A DNA stretch of 64,000 bases from Octopus vulgaris (lineage: Eukaryota), in contig OX597817.1 in NCBI GenBank assembly GCA_951406725.2, forward strand, positions 109,182,001-109,246,000, read 5' to 3'. Each line of letters opens with the position of its first letter. Position 1 is the first letter of the stretch. Below are positions 1 to 12,638 of this stretch, piece by piece. The notes under the pieces were generated by a model. The model was not told where the DNA came from. It ran no database searches and was given only the letters and a program-made list of their open reading frames with translations. A program made the translations under genes and the position numbers.

Positions 1-1277
1 ATCTTCTAAGATTTGACCTGTAGTCCGTCAATGTATGAATAATAACGGCAACTCCTTAAGACAATAAAATGAATAAATTAAATAAATAAATTTTAATGAC
101 TTTTTGATAAGATTATACTTAGATTTTCCTAATGTATTTTCTTTTGATTTTAGCCTCTGACCCCTAAACCCCTGACCGTGTTATCTCTTTAGATTCTCTT
201 TAAATTCATAGCTGATTTCAACAGCAATAAATTAGCTGTTTTACTGGTCAAAGAATAATATTCTCCTCTAGTTCCTAGATGCCTGTAAATTAAAACCAGA
301 CTTGCCGTCTACTAATTATTCTGTATAACTAGAACCCTCTTTTTTTCTTTTTCTTTTTTTCCCTTCTTCCCTATTTCTTTCTCTTTTCTCTTTTTCTTTT
401 TCTTCTTCTTATTCTCTTTTTCCTTTTCTCTTCTCTTTTAGTCCCCCTCCCCCTTTTTGCTCCCTCCTCCTTTATTTTCTCTCTTTTCTTCTCTTCCCTT
501 CCCTTTTCTGTTCTTTGCCTCTCTAGAAAGCCCTTCAGCCTTTAAAAGTTAAATAGCTACAGCCTCTTGTAAATAGCAGTAATGTGATTAATGTGGCAAA
601 TACCTAATCATATAACAAGAATTGATACCTACCTCATTGTGTTCAACCATTGATAACTTTATCGCCTGTGAATATGAAATTCCCTTCATTTCTCTGGAAA
701 TTTACATCTACACCATTGGAAATTGTGCATCTATACAAAGGATTAATTCACCCTCTTTGTAAAGCAGGAATTGAGACCCACCTCGTTGTGATTAACAATG
801 GATAAATTTGTCGTCTGTGAGTATGTAATCCCTCCTCATATCTCTGGAAATTCATATGTGCACTATGGATTAGGTCACCTTCTCTGTGATGCTATTAAAA
901 CTTTTTTTAAATTCTGTGATAAGACTGTACATCATCTTTAAAGAACTTTAATGAACTTTGGAAATCTGTTTATGTTACTTAATTATCTACATTACTTCAT
1001 GAGTATAGCCTCAACCACTAGGATGTCTAGAGAACTCACATGTATTTTAGCTGATGAGTACGGGACACGTTTATATGCTGTAATTTTTGCAACGTTTAAT
1101 AAAGCCTGTCCTTGTATGAACATTGTACTAAAAACCTATCCATTCTTGTTGCTTCTTTCTCGCTTATAATCACCCCACATTACTGTATTGTTAAAACAGT
1201 ATAGTTTTTTTGGTGCATCTAAGTTAGGTACCATATTCAAGTAAATTCATTTAAATTAACTTGAATCTTTATTGCTT

Positions 1278-1278
<1 letters not shown>
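1..1278 (+). mobile_element. Putative Penelope-like element 3' region/pseudo-LTR with hammerhead motif, ending at (TA)n
   Basis: Non-coding segment with a polypyrimidine tract (~340-520), a diverged ~150-bp direct repeat (619-890) and a hammerhead-like motif at 1045-1133, followed by (TA)n at ~1279. The same layout recurs elsewhere in the window; the PLE assignment is inferred from the hammerhead. Confidence 0.45.
1045..1133 (+). ncRNA. Type-I hammerhead ribozyme-like motif (one core A missing)
   Basis: TTTTAG-CTGATGA-GTACGGGACA...TGTCCTTGTAT-GAA-CATT-GTA-CTAAAA. Stem I is TTTTAG/CTAAAA, stem II is ~10 bp, the cleavage triplet is GUA, and GAAA is reduced to GAA. Confidence 0.6.
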
Positions 1279-1310
<32 letters not shown>

Positions 1311-2427
1311 ATTTATATTAATTCTTCGACTGTAGTGAGGAGTTCAGCGATGGTAGAAGAGACAATCCCGTATACTTTGATACATTCAATCTGTTTGAAC
1401 TAAAACTTTGCTCATAAAAGCATGAGGTTTAGTGCCATTGGCTAAACTGGACAAATCCAAAAATCGTAACGTCAATGGACAAATTAAGCTAGCCTTGTTC
1501 TTGTCATTATAGGTTTGATTTGCGCGCTTTCATCCATGAATATCATTTCGATTTTTTTTTACATCACTGAGAATCATAACCTTGATGTGAGGGTTTCATG
1601 CCTCCACTAGCAAAGACCTCAGGTCATTCTATTCTATTCAGCCATTTCTGAGGATTGTTGGACTTGCTCCGCTATTTCTAGCATGAAACCATTAGTTAAT
1701 TTTCCTATCAAGAAATTATCTTATGATTTCAGCATATACGAGCATATAGATTTTCCCTTGTTGATTCGTGATAATGATTCTGAAGAGGATGATGGTGATG
1801 AGATTGATGATGGAAATATCATCCATACAATTCATATTTCGATAGAATTATTGTAAACATTTATTACATTTCATGTAATAATAATGCCTTATTCAAATAT
1901 TGTGCAATAAAATTTTCGATGCAACAAAAATAGTAAATTCAAAGATAAAACTAAAATATAAAACTTTCGTGTTTTAATATATATTCACATCCTGAAATAA
2001 GTGAATCATCATCGTCGTCATGGCGACAAAGGAATATTGCTTCGAAAAATGAGCCGATATTCGACTAAACATGAAATGGGAGAGTGTTTATAAAAACTTG
2101 ATAGTGTGAAAATATCAATCAGATTATGTATCGAATATTCCTATTAAGCTTTGTATTTTCTTAAACAATTACGCTCATCAATAACATACGTAATGGCTTC
2201 TACATAGAAATATTCTAACATTGAATTCTTTTAAAGCTGAGCCATAGGGCATAGGCAATGATAATATATGTAAACAGTTTTCCTAATCTTTTCAAAACAA
2301 TATTGTTGGCTGAATCTCAGTGTTAATTTAGAGTTGGCAAATGAAAAATGGAAACTAAGAATATTCTGAACTAAATTCATCTCCTAAAACCAAATACCAT
2401 TACATATGATGTGCTACTAGGAATAAA

Positions 2428-2473
<46 letters not shown>

Positions 2474-2699
2474 TGTACAAGCCAGAGTGTGCATTCTTAT
2501 AAAGTTGCTTGTAAAGAAGGAAACAACAAATTATATATATATTTCTTTACATTATTCAATAAACAGATTGGATGGTCATGGCTGTTCATCTTTCATTATA
2601 AATCTCTTAGATGATATTTCACCTGGGGCTAAACAACATCTATATATTGTAGTATAAGATAAAATAAATTGTCAAATCATGTTTTTCGTAAATGAGGTG

Positions 2700-3270
2700 A
2701 CATAGGTTAATCAGCAAGTGAAATTGAATTGGTAATACTTGTTATGATAAAGTGATTGTGTTTGCGTTTTTAAATGCCCACAAATGAAAGCGATAGAGTA
2801 ATATAACACGCAAATATTCGTTTTGTAATTACATTATGGATGTCGCCTAGAGATTGTTACTGAGTGTATTAAATGCTAGCCATAATGTAATGTACGTTCA
2901 ATTTTTGTGATGTTGTCAGTTGAGAACTGTTGTGCATATTCGCTTCCCAGTCCTGATGAGGTTTATGAGATAGATGTTTAGATGTTGAGCATCTTAAATT
3001 CGGTAGATGTAGAAAAGTACATGCGTAAGATAGGAATTCCAGAAAATTTTAAGAAGGGATATTTACTTGTTCGTATGATATCAAGATGACGAAAAAAAAG
3101 GGGGGGATCTATTAATCGGCTGGGATTCTGTAGGTATAGCATGCAATTAGCTAGCTCCGATCGGCAGAGGCCATTTGTAATAGCTGTAGAGAAATGAAAG
3201 GACAAAACATTCGTGCGTTAGCTTTCTTTCTGATGCAGTCTAGCATACTCATATGATTTGCATACATTCG
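2700..3270 (-). pseudogene. Decayed Penelope-like reverse transcriptase fragment
   Basis: Minus ORF 2978-3205 has SELANCML...PPLFFRHLDII...YPFLKF, then SHKP in another frame. This resembles PLE RT motifs SPxLANIFM / RYVDDI / LPFLD / YRKPT. Confidence 0.45.
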
Positions 3271-3895
3271 TTGTGGTTGCACACACAAATTCATACATAC
3301 ATACATACACACACACATACATACATACATACATACATACATACATACATACATACAAACATACATAGCCAATTATGAGGATAAACAGGTTAGACATATC
3401 AAATAGATTAAATATGTTAAATGCATTTAATTTAAAATATGTAAATATGCATCCATGCAAAACGAGACTAAATAAAAAGGCATCTATCATTCCAGAGAAT
3501 GGAATAAGCAGGGCAGGAGGATAGACGTGGATAGAAAAGATCACGGAAGGGGTCACAGATGTGTAACAAAAGATTTCCAGGCAAGGGACATGAGATGAGA
3601 TAAGAACAATAATAAACGAGTGAAGAACGAATAAATAGTGCGAAATAGCAAAATCTGTTTCGACACAGGAATCTTGCAACACAATTTCATAAAGGCATGA
3701 GACAATATCTCGCACAAACATCTAATACTAAAAAGCACATAATTATATCAGTAGCAGACGACCAGTCTCCAGCAGCAAGGGTGGGATTCCTGAATCTAGA
3801 TTTCTGCTTCTTTGAACATCATCAGCAGGAAGTAGTCATTTCATATATGTGTGTGTATAGTGATATATGCAAGAGGAACACACAAGGGTACAGGA

Positions 3896-3931
<36 letters not shown>

Positions 3932-4072
3932 TTTACGCAATAGACCTCTTAACGACACATCCAAGGCTATGTTATTTATAAAAGGCATGTAAATATATTT
4001 TGCCTAAATATTTACTATCAAATATTAGTATTAAAGCAGCAAATATTCACTGTCTCAAATAGATATGATAGC

Positions 4073-6620
4073 TCACCGGGACAGGAGATCTGTCAGGAAA
4101 ACTGCATCACTTCTCTTTAGACCATACATAATAGACAAATTTAGATAACATCCGTTTTCGGCGGAAAAGAGAAATATATTGAAAAACGAATCTAACCATA
4201 AAACAAACAGATCTTCTATGAAGCAGAAATTTGCTGCAAACTCTATGTCTGAGATCCTCCGTACAAAGTTGAAATCAAAAAGCACACTTGCAAAACATAG
4301 ACACTTAGAAAAAACTATGTTACTCACACATTGACATCCCCACACGTGTATGCACACATATATGAACAATTGATAATCTAAAAAGAGTAAAGTATATGGT
4401 TCTGTGGTTTGTGCTCCAATATGCTTTTGCATTTGTGTTTACGTATATCTCTCTGTGTATGAGAGAGAGAGAGAGAGAGAGAGAGAGCAGTATAAAGAGA
4501 GTGATTGTGAGTGTATGTGTATATTCATGTGTATGTGTGCATTTGCGTGTTGATAGAGAGAAAGAAAAACAGAACGAATAATTCTGATTTAACACGCCAA
4601 AGTGAATTTATAACCAATTCTCAACGGTTTTGAGCTGTTTTCGTGTTGTTATTTTCTCCCAGTTTGTAACCTTGACCGATGTGCTTTGCAAGGAGAGTAT
4701 TGCCTGCATTGATCCGTCAATACACTCTATCAGCAATACGCTATTTACAATATGCTTTATTGCTTCGCGTTGTGTTGCTCTCATGTCAATAATGTTAGAA
4801 ACATCGTCAAGCATAACCTCCATCGTTTACAATTCAGTAACATAGATTATTTTACGTATATACACAGTATCTGTATACGTTATATTCCATTTCACTTTGC
4901 ACGCTTATTCAGTTAGATCATCCAAGTTAAATGATGTAAAAAGAAAGTGTCACATATGTTCACGCACACATAAACTTATGAATACAGACATACATACACA
5001 TACCCATCATAAGTATATACACTTCTGATTAGCTTCGGTCAGTGGATTATGGGAATGTTCAGACGCAATTGTCACTTGTTTCTACTGCATTATTTGTTCA
5101 ATAGATGGTATTTGCTGAGTGATGCAGTGTGAGACCACTACTATCGTATAAACCTCTGTAATGCATGTTTATCTAGGGTCTTATATTGTATAACTTTGAA
5201 ATGTTATTTCAATGCGTTACCACCCATGTTGATCCCTTGTATTTTCAGTTGAAATTTGCAAAGCTTTGCTCTGTTAAGCCAGAGTATGCATTTTAATACA
5301 GGATATTATCTTATCATGTATAGATTGGTTTCACGCCAAGCAGTGGAGCCGAAAGTGTTGGCACTCATTCTAGGGTGTTAGTTACGCACATACAGGCACA
5401 TACACGCACCAAAACACTATTTATATACCATTCTCTCTCTGTACCCTATCTCTCTCCCTCTACCATATGCAGAGAAATACACGTGGACACCAATATATAT
5501 ACACGTATTTGTACGAAGAGAGAGACCAGAAAAGAGTACAAGTGCCAACATGCTAGCACCCTGGCCAAAATCTTAAATTCTGCCTTCGGAAGATTCAGGT
5601 CTGAGATTATTAATAATGTATGTATTGTGCACGTCCTTAGCTAGCAGTATCCACACTCTTCAAATTACAGAAGTTTCTTAAGTAGTTATGAAACAAGTTT
5701 GGAATGTATCCACAAAGTTCGTAAAGCAGACCAACAAAGTCAAGCAAATTGCCCTGGGGCAATCACTTACAGCTAACTACACATTATATTCTGTTATCGA
5801 CTTTTTGCAGCACGTTGCGTTTGCTGCAGAGAGCTGCAACAAGCCGCTGATGTGGGCGTTGAACTCTACTATCGATTTTTGTCCATTGATTGTCCGAAAT
5901 TGGTGAAGCAGAAACAACTGTAAAGTCAAACGCATGTCGGAGCCTCCGCCACCTGTATCTTTCGAACAGATCTAATTCCCTCGTGCATAAAGTACACGTC
6001 TAAACTATAATATCGTAGATTTCATATTTTGCATGATGAAGTTGTCCAGGGCCATTTTCGACACTAGCCTCTTTGTGACAGCATTTTTTCTAATTGCCTG
6101 ACTGCCAATTTATTTATATTTCTTTTCTGTTATACCTAGTACTACATAAATCACCGACATATATGCGATCCCGTTAAATACGTTTAACTAATCCGCAATC
6201 CTGTCATTGTAAGTATTCCGTAGCAGAAACGTTGCATTCACCTTCTAGGATCAACCGCATTTAAATCTACAAACTAATGTTGTTAATCATATACGCTTGA
6301 TTCCATGCCGACTCCGAGACAGGCGCATTTAAGCAACGGAATCTTCATATTAATATAGGGGCAGAGAATAGATGGATGAATTCACAGGTTCTAGCCTCGA
6401 GTTAACTGGCCCATCCAGTTTGCATTGTTTTGCAAAGTCTTCTTCTGTATTTGTACAAGTCACATTCGCAAAGATCTCATGCAAAATTATATTGGTCGCA
6501 GGTCGCTTTTACTTTGAAATCACTTCCTTAAATATATATTGGTAAAATTGTCGTGGTATAAACACCTCGGTTACCAGTTTTGAAAGGAATTAATTAGTCG
6601 GTAGCTTCTTCCCTTTTTGT
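4073..6620 (-). pseudogene. Highly decayed hAT-superfamily (SPIN/Charlie/GTF2IRD2-like) transposase
   Basis: Colinear, frameshifted motif remnants on the minus strand: LEGE (cf. FTEGEF), SKMALD (cf. FSLALDESTD), VLYARG (cf. LAIFIRG), FQLKIQG at ~5230-5260 (cf. LNLKLQG), MQAILSLQ (cf. LQxELIDLQ) and LSIMYGLKRSDAVFLTD (cf. the hAT dimerisation domain FSxMxxxKSxxRSRLTD). Interrupted by microsatellites. Confidence 0.5.
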
Positions 6621-7337
6621 ATTTGTTTTTAGATATTCTATCAAAACACTATTGATTTAATAGTAAAAATTATCTGATTTTAACTTTTTACTCACTATAC
6701 TAGAACTTGCTCTTTGTGTTTGAATATATATAAAAAAATGTATATAAAATATTAAGACTTCGATATATTCCGAAGTCCTTAAAGCATTTTACTATACATG
6801 AATCCAATGAACCCATGACATTTAAGATTAGCTATTTAAGGCTTGAGACAAAACTTCATAACGCATAAAACTCTCCCCACCACCTTTTACGCCATTTGTT
6901 ATGAAAAATGAAGACTGCTTATCAAATTACTTGTTTAACATCGAATAATAAATCAGTAACGTCGAGTTTATAAATCGATACAATAATGAATATTTGATGT
7001 ACAATAAATTGAAACAACTTTACGATCAATTTTATGAAAAAAACAAACAAACAACAATTGATTAAGTAATTAAATTGATTTACAAAATGCATAAATTTTC
7101 CTTGAGATTTTTCACAAATATATATAACATTGTAAATTTGAAATATTTTACACGTTCACTTTATAATACTATTAAATCTTATCAATATACGATTACTTGG
7201 TCCGCATTTGATAAGTCTTATTACATGGCTAAACCATGGACGTGTAGTTATGATGTGTTATACTGGGCTTTCTATCTACTCCTATGACATTTAGACGCAG
7301 CGTAAGTGAGAATTAGTTAACACAACGGGAAACAGAC

Positions 7338-7506
7338 ATGGGAGTGCAGTTAAGAATTCGTTATGCAGCCAGATTGCTTCGGGTTCAGTCCCTCATGATA
7401 CTTTGGAGGGGTTTTTTTCTACTATATCTCTGGGCCAGCAAATGTCTGGTGAATAAATTATTTGTTAGGCAGTAATTGTGTGGAAGACTGATGTAAAGAT
7501 ATATAC

Positions 7507-7561
<55 letters not shown>

Positions 7562-7730
7562 GTATGTATATATGTATGTATGTGTATATGTATTTGAATG
7601 TGTGTATGTTTGAATATGTGCATCCTTGGTCTCCTACAGCTTGACAGCTGTACTGTTTAGGTCTGTTTAGGTCTTCGTAACATAGTGATTTGGCAGAAAA
7701 GAGAACAATAATATAAGTACGAAACTTGGA
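7338..7730 (+). mobile_element. tRNA-derived SINE family B, old copy with internal microsatellite
   Basis: Diverged match to the copies at 52980-53400 and 28852-29284 (GGGTTCAGTCCC B-box-like head, internal TA/TG tract, TAAGTAC tail). Confidence 0.55.
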
Positions 7731-8433
7731 AATATTCCCAGATTTTACTTCTTGTACTTCATTTCACTTTATGTATGAACGTGCGTGCCAATGTACGTCG
7801 GATTATTCGCAATGTGTGTGTCGTCGATGTTATATAATTTTCTTCAGAATACGTTGCCATCCCTCAAAACCAGCAGAGCATAAAATCCAAACAACTCATG
7901 CCTCGTTTGTGTCTCTGAGCTTTCTTTGAAGCCATATTTTGTGCAGCCTTTCTGTTCTTCTCTTCCTATTGACCATATGCTTTTTTTATTGCTAATTTAA
8001 TTTTATTTATTCATTTATAATCTTATTCACCTAAATTAATACCAAACTGATCCGCCTGTCTCTATTTAGGAATTAATTCTATTTTAGTACACATATTCTT
8101 CTTCGACAGTAAAGTCTTTGACAAAAGTATTTTATTTTCTGATTTTTTAATATCTATTTATTTTTTTATCTTAGAGTATTTATACACAGCCTCTGCCTCT
8201 AGAATTTATTGTTCTATGACGACTGCTCCTTTAACGCAAATCATAAATGACAACATGCTCAATACATTTACTGCATGTCGATGCATCATCATAACTATTC
8301 TGTGTCGTAGTGTTGATATTTTCAATTGCCATGTATTTTTCTGACGGTTGGTCTGTCGGTTCCCAAATCAGCAGTCTTCTATATATTTTATACATGGGTT
8401 CATACAGGGTTATACATTTGTTTATATATGCTT

Positions 8434-8490
<57 letters not shown>

Positions 8491-8495
8491 TAATA

Positions 8496-8565
<70 letters not shown>

Positions 8566-8624
8566 TGATATATATATATATAAATCTATGAAAGAATGGA
8601 GTTGAACGACGAATTAACAAAATT

Positions 8625-8719
8625 CCTTTATTTTCGACATATGTTTCGAAGGCTGCATATTCCTAATTGCGAAGGAATAAGGAGTATTTTATGCCGCTTT
8701 CTCATCAGGAAAATCAAGG
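8625..8719 (-). ncRNA. Type-I minimal hammerhead ribozyme, apparently intact
   Basis: Minus strand reads CCTTGATTTTC-CTGATGA-GAAAGCGGCATA...TATGCAGCCTTC-GAAA-CATAT-GTC-GAAAATAAAGG. Canonical core, long stem I with one mismatch, G10.1-C11.1 pair, palindromic stem III ACATATGT, GUC site between 8636 and 8635. Confidence 0.8.
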
Positions 8720-8812
8720 AACTTATGTCAACATCAAGATGCACAAAAAACTTTTAGATGACTGCTACCCAGGGATCGGTTAACCGAATTATCCATAACA
8801 AGATAATTCATT

Positions 8813-9074
8813 CTACTACTCGCAGCAAGTATAGATGGGCTGGACACGTCGCCCGGCTCACCGATAATCGGTGGACGCACGCAGTTGTCGAGTGGTACCC
8901 GCGTGAGCGGAAAAGACCACCCGGAAGACCTCCACGAAGGTGGACTGACGATTTCAAGAGGACGATTGGGATCACGTGGATGAGAAAGCCGCGATCCAGA
9001 GAGGAATGGACAGCGTGCTGTGACCAGCGGTGTCAAATGGACGCCTGATGGACTGGTCGGTCAAAGTGATCAAA

Positions 9075-9079
<5 letters not shown>
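8813..9079 (+). mobile_element. 5'-truncated RTE-clade LINE 3' end
   Basis: Encodes KYRWAGHVARLTDNRWTHAVVEWYPRERKRPPGRPPRRWTDD, a typical RTE C-terminus. Stop at 9048, then a short tandem tail TCAAAGTGA x2 and (TA)n. Confidence 0.85.
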
Positions 9080-9148
<69 letters not shown>

Positions 9149-9337
9149 CTTATATGTGTGTTGATATTGATGTAACAACTATCATATAAACAACAGGAGT
9201 ACGAAACGCCTGTAACCGAGTACATTTCACATATCTCACCTCACTTCTTTTAATTGTTATATAAATATATGTGTGTACGTGTGTGTATGTGCATACATAA
9301 ATGCATATCTATAAATGCACAAACACACACACACACA

Positions 9338-9382
<45 letters not shown>

Positions 9383-10029
9383 TTCATACATTTCTTGAAA
9401 ATCTTACTGACACTATGATCTTTCTTTACAAATATTTCATCTTAACGTTTGAGAAAATTGTCCAAGTTGATCTTAGAAATGCAGAACTAAAGAAAAGAAT
9501 TTTTATGACGTAAAGAAATAGTTGTTTTTAATGGATTTTATTTTCTGTGAAACATTTTCCAGATATTGTAGTAATTTACATAATTAATCTATTTTTTTCT
9601 TAATCAGTAAGTTTTCCTAATGTCACTTGTGGATATTGAGTTTGTACATTATTCTTAATATTTCAGAGAATGTTTGTGTATTTGTGTACTGAGTTTTGTG
9701 TGAATGTGTATTTGTGTGTATGTGTGTGTGCGTGTTTGTATGTGTTTGTGTGTGTGAGAGAGAGAGAGAGAGAGACAGAGAGAGAGAGACAGATAGGCAG
9801 ACAGACTGAGACAGCGAGAGAGAGATACGTATATATTTATATGTGTGTGTATATATATACTCATATACATGTGTATACTTGTATATGTAAATAAGATATA
9901 TTCATATGTGTGTGTGTCTGTGTATGTGTGTTTGTGTATGTATGTGTGCATGTGTGTGTGTATGCATATATATTCGTATATCCTTATATACATATCCCAA
10001 ATACATGATGTTGTAAATGAACAGTAGGT

Positions 10030-10532
10030 AGCAATTTTAGCAAAAGGCCAGCAAACACAAGTTCGACCCCTTGTACTCAGTTACCATATAATTGAATTTA
10101 TGAAAAGCATCGTTGACCACAGCAAAATTTGAACTCAGAATATTGAGACGGACGAAATGATGCTAGGCATTTTGTTCCGCGAGCTAACGAATCTGCTAGC
10201 TCATGATTTCGAATTTTGGCGAAAGGCCAGCAGTTTCAGGGTATATTATATCAACACCAGTTTTCAACAAGTATTTATCTTATCGATTAAGGAAAGATTA
10301 AGGCCAAAATCTAGCTTGGTAGTATTTGAACTCAGAACGTAAAGAGCATTGAGACATGATAATAAATTATCCTTTCAATTATAGGCACCAGGCCTAAAAT
10401 ATCGGGGGAGGGGCGGTCTATTGCATCGTCCCCTGGTACTCAATTTACTGATCCCGAACGAATGAAATGTAAAATCGACCCCAGCGGAATTTGAACTCAG
10501 AACGTAAAGACGGATGAAATGCCACTAAGTAT
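10030..10532 (-). mobile_element. Cluster of three SINE family A copies
   Basis: Three repeats of ...GAAAG...GTCGACC...ATTTGAACTCAGAA at ~10030-10203, 10207-10345 and 10370-10532, matching the better-preserved copies at 27311-27540 and 56030-56262. Confidence 0.75.
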
Positions 10533-11275
10533 ACATACAATTCGATTTTACCCTCATCATACATACACTCACGCCAACTTGTGATGCGTTGTATATCAAT
10601 ACATCACGAGTCGACGTAAAAATCGACCAACGTGTATATAAGAAGAATGTGAGAAACATGGAACCACCGTGGGAGAGCAGGGATCCTCCTATTCTGACGA
10701 ATCACACTGGAGTGTCGTTGATGAGAATGGTGAAGGACATACAGATATGGGAAACCATATACTGGCTGGGTACTGTAGCCTTTTAAAATTAAATGGTGCG
10801 CAACTAACTCATGATTGCTAGTTATTATTATTAATTATTATCATGTCTAAGACAGCGAGCTTGCAGAATCGTTAGCTCACCGGGCAAAATGCTTAGTGGA
10901 ATTCCATCAGTTGTAGAATGAATCATTATACTTATTTTTTGGTTTCAATCAGGGGTGACATTATTTGACTCCCAAACGTGTGCATTTCCATAAACATAGC
11001 GTAAACAGTATTATTTCTAAAGGTTCCCGAGACTGGTGGGTAGGAATATATTATATAATTATTATAACTATATAAAATTACGTAATATTACCATAGTCGC
11101 AGAAGTATATTCTTATAGCTACCTACCATATACTGGACAATGCTCTAGTGATATATTATTGATAATCCTTTCTATTATTCAATTAATTTACCGGTTTCCA
11201 TTGCTTGACTGCAGTCATTCACAGGTTTTTAATCGTTTATGCCAAGCCATTACTATTTGGTGCATAGTCTATTGA

Positions 11276-11679
11276 TCACGGGCTGTCGAAGCGTAGGTTG
11301 ACTTGTTCAATATTTGACATCAGATTATGATTAGTATGGGCTCCACATACCACTGGGTGTTTTGTTCGATACTCTAATATTTTTGCTATCTGATTTACAG
11401 TTTGGGTCAGCCAAATATTTGACCGACTCCACGATATAGGAAATGCTGTGCAGTGAGATTGAATTTTAAAATAGCCAGTTATAAATCGAGCTTCTTCACC
11501 ACAACGCCATACATTATATGTTAGTTTTATTAGAAAATAATAAGAGAAATAATAACACTGATACATTGAAATGACGGATATCTCTAAATTGTTTATTATA
11601 CTGAAGATCCACAGTGAAACTGACATTATGATTAAAATGGTAAATATGAACTTAGTTTTACACAGAGCCACATATTGAA
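11276..11679 (-). CDS. Possible terminal coding exon of unknown product with a hydrophobic segment
   Basis: About 400 bp open frame in non-repetitive AT-rich DNA, preceded on the minus strand by an acceptor-like CCTTTCTCTTCAG. Contains the hydrophobic stretch FIFTILIIMSVSLWIFSII. No homology recognised. Confidence 0.2.
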
Positions 11680-12553
11680 CTGAAGAGAAAGGTTATATTA
11701 ATTTGGTATGCATTTGACTGATACTTTATTAACAGTAACTGGTTGGATGAAAGGCAAAGATAACCACGGTGAAATTTCAACAGTTTAAACAAATGTCTCA
11801 ATAATTTTCCTGTTACTGTAGACATTTTCATTTCAAGTATGTTGAAAAATTGAAATCATTAGCATACGAAACTAGTAGAATGCAATCATACAATATCTGA
11901 ATAACATCGAACTATATTTACCATAATTTACAATAATTTGATAGATAATATTTATGAAGGCGAAACTGAGATGAAAGAGTTAAGAGAATTAACAGCACAG
12001 AAGATATTTAGTACTTAATAAAATATATTATTATCGGAAATTCCACATCCCTCTTAATAAAAGTTTTTATCAGACAAAAGGAAGCTGGGGATTTTACAGA
12101 CATATCAATGTAAATGTTACATATATTTATAGTTTTTGCCAGGCTAGATGTTCTGTTAATTTCAGTATTCAACAACAGTAGTTGAGGACTATTGAGCAAG
12201 CGGAAATACCTTTTATAATAATAACTATTAGCAATGAATGTCTCTATTACTTACATGTATACCTATGTGTGTGTCTGTAGTAAGATGAAGATTCAGATAG
12301 AATCAGATGGGATTGGGTAATCTCTGTGGTTCCAGCCTATGGTTGATGGAAGTCGAAACATCAGAAAGGGTATTTCGGTTGTGTACACAGAGAAAACCAG
12401 CCCTGTGAGTATTTAGCGCCTAAGGGGCTGGTCCAAATCACGCGTTACTTTGAATATTACGTTGTTGGTATACTTTTGGATGTCCAACAAGTCGTAAAAT
12501 CCCTTGGTGTATTATAATAAAATGAATGATAACATACAATGGATAATTGTCGG

Positions 12554-12638
12554 CTCATTACAGCTGTTTTTTACGTAACTTTTTAATAGGAGAATGAGAA
12601 CATTACTTCATTATAAAAGAACGCAATCATGAGATGAG
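12554..12638 (-). ncRNA. Degenerate hammerhead motif (two core substitutions)
   Basis: Minus strand reads CTCAT-CTCATGA-TTGCGT...ACGTAA-AAAA-CAGCT-GTA-ATGAG. Stems I and II pair and stem III is the palindrome ACAGCTGT, but the core is CUCAUGA/AAAA instead of CUGAUGA/GAAA. Confidence 0.5.

Noticed and set aside
2953-2960. Isolated CTGATGAG (also at 57467, CTGAAGA at ~41897, and CTGATGA on the minus strand at ~3819-3825)
   Set aside because: No properly placed GAAA/NUH with paired stems; several lie inside coding remnants.
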